A DNA stretch of 55,020 nucleotides from Chiloscyllium plagiosum (lineage: Eukaryota). Below the pieces are notes generated by a model, which saw only the letters and a program-made list of their open reading frames with translations, was not told where the DNA came from and searched no databases. The translations under genes and the position numbers were made by a program. How positions within the stretch are numbered: position 1 is the stretch's first letter; each line of letters starts with the position of its first letter. The stretch is from the NCBI RefSeq assembly GCF_004010195.1, contig NC_057752.1:12036771-12091790 (forward strand). Reading direction: 5' to 3'. Shown here one piece after another: positions 48,181 to 55,020 of this stretch.

Positions 48181-48344
48181 TGTTGACATGTCCCTTCACC
48201 CCTCAACCTCAAGCAGGGACTGCTCATCTTGCAAAGTCTGTCTCTGTCTGGGACAATACTTCTGAAACAATCAAGTCATACTAGTCAGCACCTAGTGCAG
48301 AGCATGATATTCAAATGAAGCATTAATATTACCCCGAGGGGGAA

Positions 48345-49380
48345 ATTGGAAGGATTCCTGTTCAATTTCTGGTCAATGGTAACTCCCAGGATGTTGATAG
48401 TGGGGAATTCATTGATGTTAATTGCATTGAATGCCAAGGCAAGATGGTTGGAGATGTTGTTGGATCTCTTCTTGGAGATGGTCATTTGTGTCACGTGTGT
48501 ACTGCAAGTGTTACTTGCCTCTAATCAGCCCAAATCTGGATTTTGTTTAGGTTTTCCTGCGTACGGATAAAAACAACTTACGAAACAGAGGAGTCACAAA
48601 TGGTGCTGCACATTGGGCATTCAACAATTAACATCTCCAACCCTGACTTTATGAGCGAGGGAAGGTCACGGATGAAGAAACTAAAGAAGGTTATCCCTCG
48701 GACATTATTCTGAGGAACTCTTGCAGTGATGTCTCAAGACTTAAACTGTTAACCTTCAATAATCACACCAGCTTCCTTTGTGCCAGGTATGACTCCAACC
48801 AGCAGAGAGCAGAAGGTGATCTGTTGGTTGTGGGATCACTTAGCTCTGTCTATCATTTGCTGCTCATCCTGTTTAGCATGCAAGTCATCCTGTGTTGTAG
48901 CTTCACCAGGTTGACACTTCATTAAAGGTATTCTTGGCAGTACTCCTGGCATGCCATCCTGCACTCTCCACTGAACCAAGGGTGACCCCCTGGCTTGATG
49001 ACAATGGTAAAGTGGGGGATGTGAGGTTGCAGATTGCGGTTTAATACAATTCTGTTACTGCTGACTATCCACAGCACCTTAAAAATGCAAATAGAGATGT
49101 CTGATCTGACTGAAGTGGTAATGCCACACAGCACAATTGAGGTTATTCTCAATATAAAGACAGGACATCATCTCCACAATAACTGTACAGTGGACAAATG
49201 CATCTTGAAGGGGTAGATAGAGGATGAGCTAAGTTTTCCCCTCTCATTGGTTCCCTTAGCATCCAATGGACATTCAGTGTAGCAGCTGGATCTTGTAGGT
49301 TTCAGCCAGTTCAAGTAATAGTATTACCACTGAGCCACTCTCGGTGATGGATATTGAAGTCTCCCACCCAGAATACATTC
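48345..49380 (-). mobile_element. CR1/L2-group LINE (second family) fragment
   Basis: PTINILGVTIDQKLN; IKPGGHPWFSGECR. Confidence 0.75.
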
Positions 49381-49814
49381 TGTTGTAACAGATCACATAT
49401 TTTATATTTTTAAAACTATAATGGAAATGGAAATGGAAGTTAGACTGCTAGAACTGCAATACCAGGAGAGTTTTGCAACTTGAAAATCAAGTGTTGACTA
49501 TTACTGAACTGTGCAGTACAATGTTGCTTTTCAGAAGTAGCAAGAGGGAGAATTTGAGACAAAGTGACACTGAGAACATTCAAGTTAAGGAAATTCTACC
49601 CGGCAACAGCTGTCTGATTGGTTGAGCTATAAAATGCTGTAAATGCCAAGAGCAGCAGAGAATGGAAAACCATCCAGAGTCTTCAGATAGAGAGCGTCCA
49701 TTTCTCCCTCTCTCTCCATGTGGAGAAAAGACAGAAAAGCCATGAAAGTTTAAAATAAAAAAGTCATACAAGAAAGTTCACCTGATGTTGAATCGAAGAA
49801 CAACTGTCAGCCTA

Positions 49815-50162
49815 TAGAATCATAGAATCTCTGTAGTGTGGAAACAGGCCATTCGGCCCAACAAGTCCACACTGACCCTCCGAAGAGTATTCCACCCAGA
49901 CCCATTCCCTATACTCTACATTTCCTCTGACTAATGCATCAAATCTACACATCCCTGAACGCTATGGAGTAATTGAGCATAGCCAATTCACCCTGACCTG
50001 CACATCTTTAGACTGTGGGAGGAAACCAGAGCACCCGGAGGAAACCCACACAGACACAGAACATGCAAACTCCACACTGACAGTCGCCAGAGGCTGGAAT
50101 TGAACCCAGGCCCTTGGCTCTGTGAGGCAGCAGTGCTATCCGCTGAGCCACCGTGCTGCCCC
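49815..50162 (-). mobile_element. HE1-type SINE
   Basis: Similar to 42687-43005 throughout; (ATAGAATC)n tail. Confidence 0.9.
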
Positions 50163-50279
50163 CAAAATGTGATGTCAGAGTCTGATTTACCAAAATTACT
50201 TCCTTGTTACTTGGAAAGAATAGTGTAATCTGTTTTTGATTCACAAACAGCACAGAGGATTTCAGTAAAATCCTCAATA

Positions 50280-50503
50280 CAGTAGTGCCCCCGCCCATAT
50301 CCGCGGGTCATATGTTCCAAGGCCTACCACGGATGCCCAAACCCATGGATAGTAGCGAACCCTATCATTTAAATGAGAAACTTACCTCCCCAGCAGCCCC
50401 CTGGAATTATTTCTGGAACGTTCCATGTAATATTTTTGGGCTGCGGTAACTGCGGATAACTGAAACCGCGGAAACCGAATCCGCAGATACGGGGGTTCGA
50501 CTG
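50280..50503. mobile_element. Tc1/mariner Tigger/pogo-type MITE
   Basis: TA-cagtagtgcccccg..tatccgcgg ... ccgcagatacgggggttcgactg-TA: imperfect TIRs starting CAGT, TA target duplication. Confidence 0.8.
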
Positions 50504-51029
50504 TATTAACATTTCTTCCGCGCTGGTTGATGTTAATGAACATGCAAAGAGCGGCTGGATTTTTCAGAAAACTGCATTCTTCCTGTATAAGCAGCCTTAT
50601 AATGAATCCAAGATAAACTATAAAGGTCTAATATCACTTTTAGGAGACAAACATTGATGGCATGATTACAAATATCAAGAGCGACCAAGAATTTGCTATT
50701 GCATTTTGCACAATTTTTAAAGCTTTTAGCAGACGTGCTGATCCATCTATAGTGGCGTTTACTTTGTAGGCAATGTATTACATGGTTCGAAGAGGAAGAT
50801 TGTACCATAAAACTCACACGTGTGCAGCTGGAGCAAAATTTACAGAGTGCAAAACTTTCACTTTTGCATTGCCATTTTTATCCTTACACTAGTATGTTTG
50901 TGTCATTTACATTTGTCCTCAGTGATGCAATCAGAGCCTTGTTCTTTGATGATAGATTTATGATCTTGCTACAGGTAATAGAGGGCACCATCCCCACTCA
51001 AAACACAGGAATGGTCACTGGCATTACAT

Positions 51030-51370
51030 GTGACCTCATTGAAAGGTACAAAATTGTGATAGGGCTAGTCAGACCGGACACAAGGATAATGTTACTCATG
51101 GCTGTGCATCTGAAACAAAGGGTCATGTTCTTAGGATAGACCATTTAGGACAGGGATGAGTAGAAATTTCTTCACTGAGAGGGTCGTGAACCTGTTGAAT
51201 TCTCCACCACATAAGGGTGAGGTGGCCAAACTACTAAATACTGCTAAGAAAGAAAGAGTTGGACTTGAAGACACTAAAGATGTAAAGGGGTACGGCAAGT
51301 GCATAGCATTAGGATCGTGGATCAGCCATGATCATATTGAATGGCAGAGCAGGCCTCCTGTTTCTGTGTT
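51030..51370 (+). mobile_element. CR1 3' fragment
   Basis: DLIERYKI; MSRNFFTERVVNLLNSPP; tail atcagccatgatcatattgaatggc. Confidence 0.8.
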
Positions 51371-52087
51371 CTCAATTTCTACCAAACCTGCACATGTCTG
51401 ATTGTCTCTGCCGCACCTCCAGGACACACTCATGAAGAAAGGTCTCCCAGGGTTCCACCCCTTTGCATTGCACAAGAATTTCTTTTGGAATTTGGTGGGG
51501 CAGAGAAGAGTGATGGCAGGAGGTTGTGGTCACAATTAGATTTAAGTAAGATTCAACCACACAAAAAAATGGTGGTTGGGGTTGTGGTAGGAGAAAAGAT
51601 AAGCACTCTCTCTGATTTAATACAAGTTTCGAAGGATTGTGGCTAAAGAGTTTTGCAGCCAGCAGCCATGAGAACTTGGAATCCATATTCCTAACTTTTG
51701 TCCTGATATAGGACAAATAAGTTTTATTAGCTGGTCCCAACTGGCTCCTGGGAAATCAAAAATAACAGAAAAAGCACGACAGGCCAGATCAAGTGAACAG
51801 AATAGTTGAATTTCTGTTTGATTTATCTACCTACTTCTGGAAAAGATTGGAAACTTTAAAATTTTGACAATGGAAAGTTAAACACTAGTCACTTACATTT
51901 TTTTGGTCGGGAGATGTGAAATAGCACAATAATGTAGACCCTCTGTCTTAACACAATATAGGGGACCATGGGTGGCACTGCATCTACAAGATCACTGGCA
52001 GTACTCAGCATGTAGTTTTCCCCAAATCCATGAAGCTGAATGGTAGGTGTGGATGTGAATATGGCTTTGTTTCTTTTTGCTGCTTAC

Positions 52088-52239
52088 CTTTGGTGACGTC
52101 ATTTATATCATATTTGAACTCATCATTTCCACATTTCCAGGACATATCCTCCACTGAGAAGGACTCGTTTGATCGTAGCATAATAATTTCAATTGCACTT
52201 GACTTCAGAAGGGCAATTTGGTCATCCGCAAGCAACTCC
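52088..52239 (-). CDS. VDR: Vitamin D receptor coding exon (152 bp, LBD helices 4-6 and beta-turn); upstream exons lie beyond the window
   Basis: ctgcag|G GAG TTG..AAA G|gtaag; (R)[50 protein letters not shown](A). Confidence 0.97.
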
Positions 52240-52719
52240 CTGCAGATTGAAGAAGTTCTCTCCTTAGTAAATATTTCTGCATCAGCATTTTTGTTGTAAA
52301 TTAGCTTTATTATTTACCCACTGATGGGTATAATGTCTCCATTATTAGGTCTACATTTTTGCCCCTTAGGGTGGGTGACGATTCTATTCCCTTTGTCAAC
52401 GTTTTCCTTGACTAGATGGCTCCTATTTGATTTTTTGTCCTCTCCACCCGACCCCTTTTAAAGAAATTATGTGGTCTCTAACTGGCACAGCCCAGGGCTG
52501 AAATAGTGCAGCGTGGCAAGTAGAGGGGTGGCATTCAAACCTAAAACATTCTCCACATTTTAGGTTACTGTTCTAATGAGCAGCATTACCACAAAGTTGG
52601 CATCTCTTTTTTCATCCCATTCCATTCTGCAACAATGATTTGCTAATCAGAAGAATAAGTAGGCTGTGTAAAAATAACAAGCGTAATGCACATATAAAGA
52701 TGAAATAAGCATATGGTGT

Positions 52720-53010
52720 GGCATGGAGCCATACAGCCCAGCAAGTTTCATGTCAGATCTTGTGTTGAGTTCACTCGTTTTAGCTGGGGGAGCAGTTGGG
52801 GTGCTAAAATCATTCACCATGGATTAGGCAGGAGAAAACAATTCGCCTCGACTTCCACTGACAAAAAGTGTGTGGGAATAGTTGGGAGGACATAATTAGA
52901 CTTGGCCATGATGTTCCAGTCAATTACTTTTGTGTTGCCGTCTAAGGTCAAACATGCGAAGAGCTGAAGGGTTGCAAGTAGCAGCAGAACTGTACCCCAG
53001 CAAAAGTCAT
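52720..53010 (+). mobile_element. Ancient SINE-like relic
   Basis: gagccatacagcccag..tgtgttgagtt..gaactgtaccccagcaa resembles an old cartilaginous-fish SINE from memory; single copy here. Confidence 0.35.
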
Positions 53011-53799
53011 GGCCCTCAACAGCAAGTAAACTGAAAAAAAAAAATACCGTTTGCTCAATTTTACAGTATCCATGAGGCGCAATCAGTGCTCAAACCATTT
53101 CAATTATGGAAGAGAAGGGAAAAGGAGAGCTCAAAGTGGACAGGGTACAAATAAGTAGATTTTTTTTCTCTTTTGACTGCTCATTCAGTCATCACAACTT
53201 ATAATGGAAGTAAAGCAAAGTTTGAATTTGAGGTCAGTTTTTGCAAATACAAGTAAAATATGAATTTTGAGTTAGTTTTCCTGTAATATCACGTATGCAG
53301 CAAATAACAGTCAATTCTTGCGCTCATTTAATCGCATATGATGCGGTGTGCCATGTATAATTCTAAAAGATCAAGCAAGTTATAATCATTTGCAAAATAG
53401 AGGTTGTTAATAGCGTCCAGTGATTACTACATTGTTCTACTTTTCCTGAGAGTAAACAGCAAGGAATCATTTCACTGAAAAGTCAAACAAACAGGTCTCT
53501 CTACTGTACTTTAACAACACCAAATGGTAAGCTTCACAACAAAGAGAGGATTTGGTTCACATTGATCACATTGGAGATCAGTTACTGATAAATTCCACAC
53601 ACTTTCATGTACTGGCCAGCACCTAGTGAGAAATGAGGAGTCAGGTGCCACACTATTCCACGTCAGGCTCATACAACACTGCATCCAAAGACACACCCCA
53701 ATAAGAGGAGAGGCAAACAGGAGTTCGGAGCTATGATCTATGAATTGGTTTAAATGATAAGATTTCAAGTAGATCTTTGAAAGCGGTGTGGTTGGGTGC

Positions 53800-54380
53800 T
53801 TAGGTAACGATCATATTCTGAAGGCACTGCTAATGCATAGCAGAATGGAAAGAATGGAAGATCTAAACTGGGACATATAGGTGCAGGAATTTGCAGAGAT
53901 AGGACTGGGAATAGATGCAATGATCAAACATGTTGAAGGCTGTGGAGAAGATGGAAAAAAAATAAGGAAGGATAATGCATTGAGTTTGTTTCCACTGAGG
54001 ATGTAATTGGTTACTTTGCCCAGTGGTATAGTGAGTGTGGAACTGAGACTAATCTGCAGGAATTATAAAAGGAGCAACAGAACAAGTGAGCATGGAGCAA
54101 GCTTATAATATTTGAGGGCCTTAAATAGGAAAGAGGTAGGGTTTGGGCAGTGGTTGGAGATGGTGGAAGAGTCAAGCTGGGATTTTAAAGGTGGGTTTAA
54201 TGCATTTAGAAAGAGAGTTTTCTACAACATCAATCATGTACATGGACAGGTAACTCAGTGACAAAGGGCTGGATTAGTCAGGAGTCAAGGGGCAGGAGCT
54301 GAATGTCATGGAGAAGATGGGAAGCAGAAAGATAGTGGAAACTACAGCAGTTTTAAAAGAGAGAAGAGCAGTCAAAGGAA
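53800..54380 (-). mobile_element. L2 LINE RT relic
   Basis: Minus FSTAFNMFDHCI (LSAAFDTVDH-like) near 53930; pyrimidine-rich minus strand. Confidence 0.55.
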
Positions 54381-54411
54381 GCACATGGTGAGGACAGTGC
54401 AGGAGAGAGAG

Positions 54412-55020
54412 AGAGAACCTGCACAGTTACTGCCTTTGCTGTTTTTGAATTCATGTGTCGCTGGACATCGGAGTGCATCTGGGAAAATTAACAAACAGTG
54501 AATTTCACAACTAATCTTGGAGGAACCGGTTTGGGCGAAGTTCACAACACAGAATCAGATAAGTTAATCGTTGTTTTAAGTCTGTCCAAGGGAAAGGCTG
54601 TATTAGCGAGTACATGGGGTTCTTTCTTGATTGTATGTTTTTGGAGATAAGTCTCTTGATTAAACTGGAAATATAAGCCAGAGCTATTAATTTAACCTGG
54701 TGCAGTGTTTTGTAGAGGAATAAGACGGTGTTATTTTCTGGGTCTGTAGATTATGAAGGAGCAAAAATGGCCTTTGCAGTGATATGTACTTCTTGTCAGA
54801 TGTGGGAGTTTAAAGAAAGTTTAAGGGGTACAGTGGATTATATCTGCCATAAATGCTGTTGGATGCAAATCTAATCAGAGCGAATGGAGAGACTGATAGA
54901 AGCGATGAGGAATTTGCAATAGCAACAGTATGTGATGGATGGCAGTTATAGGAAGGGGGAAAAGTCTCAGATACAGTCACATAGATGGGTTAACTCCAGG
55001 AAAGGTAAGAGAGGTAGGCA
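54412..55020 (+). mobile_element. CR1 5' UTR and ORF1 start, runs off window end
   Basis: ATG 54767: MAFAVICTSCQMWE..DYICHKCCWMQI*; homologous to the reverse complement of ~38950-39510. Confidence 0.88.

Noticed and set aside
27037..52239. Alternative identity as PXR or CAR (NR1I2/3)
   Set aside because: [32 protein letters not shown] and LTPLVLEVF are VDR-type motifs
1..55020. CRISPR array or prokaryotic operon
   Set aside because: Eukaryotic intron/exon and retroposon landscape; no regularly spaced repeat-spacer units

Overview
Repeat-rich vertebrate DNA, most likely from a shark (cartilaginous fish), inferred from HE1-type SINEs, the CR1 families and the VDR sequence. The only host gene I can support is the vitamin D receptor (VDR/NR1I1) on the minus strand. 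Its last three coding exons lie at 52088-52239 (152 bp), 39796-39912 (117 bp) and 27037-27299, with canonical GT-AG introns of about 12 kb, followed by a repeat-poor putative 3' UTR. The rest is layered transposon debris: many CR1 LINEs, a Rex1/Babar LINE, L2, several SINE families, a Tigger-like MITE and Penelope-like element (PLE) derivatives. There is a 396-bp N gap at 29890-30285. The most notable observations are: (i) several families of PLE-derived repeats carrying minimal hammerhead-ribozyme motifs, including a ~1.1-kb fold-back element and two intact-core motifs in tandem; (ii) a full-length, TSD-bounded, sense-oriented CR1 starting at +26 of VDR's last intron, which supplies a read-through stop and AATAAA signals and could yield a truncated receptor; (iii) a non-coding element sharing its 3' tail with the Rex1 LINE; (iv) a 107-bp near-perfect intronic palindrome; (v) a well-formed minus-strand polyA site ~18.7 kb beyond the VDR stop. 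Family names come from motif recognition, not database searches, and repeat boundaries are approximate unless a TSD is quoted.
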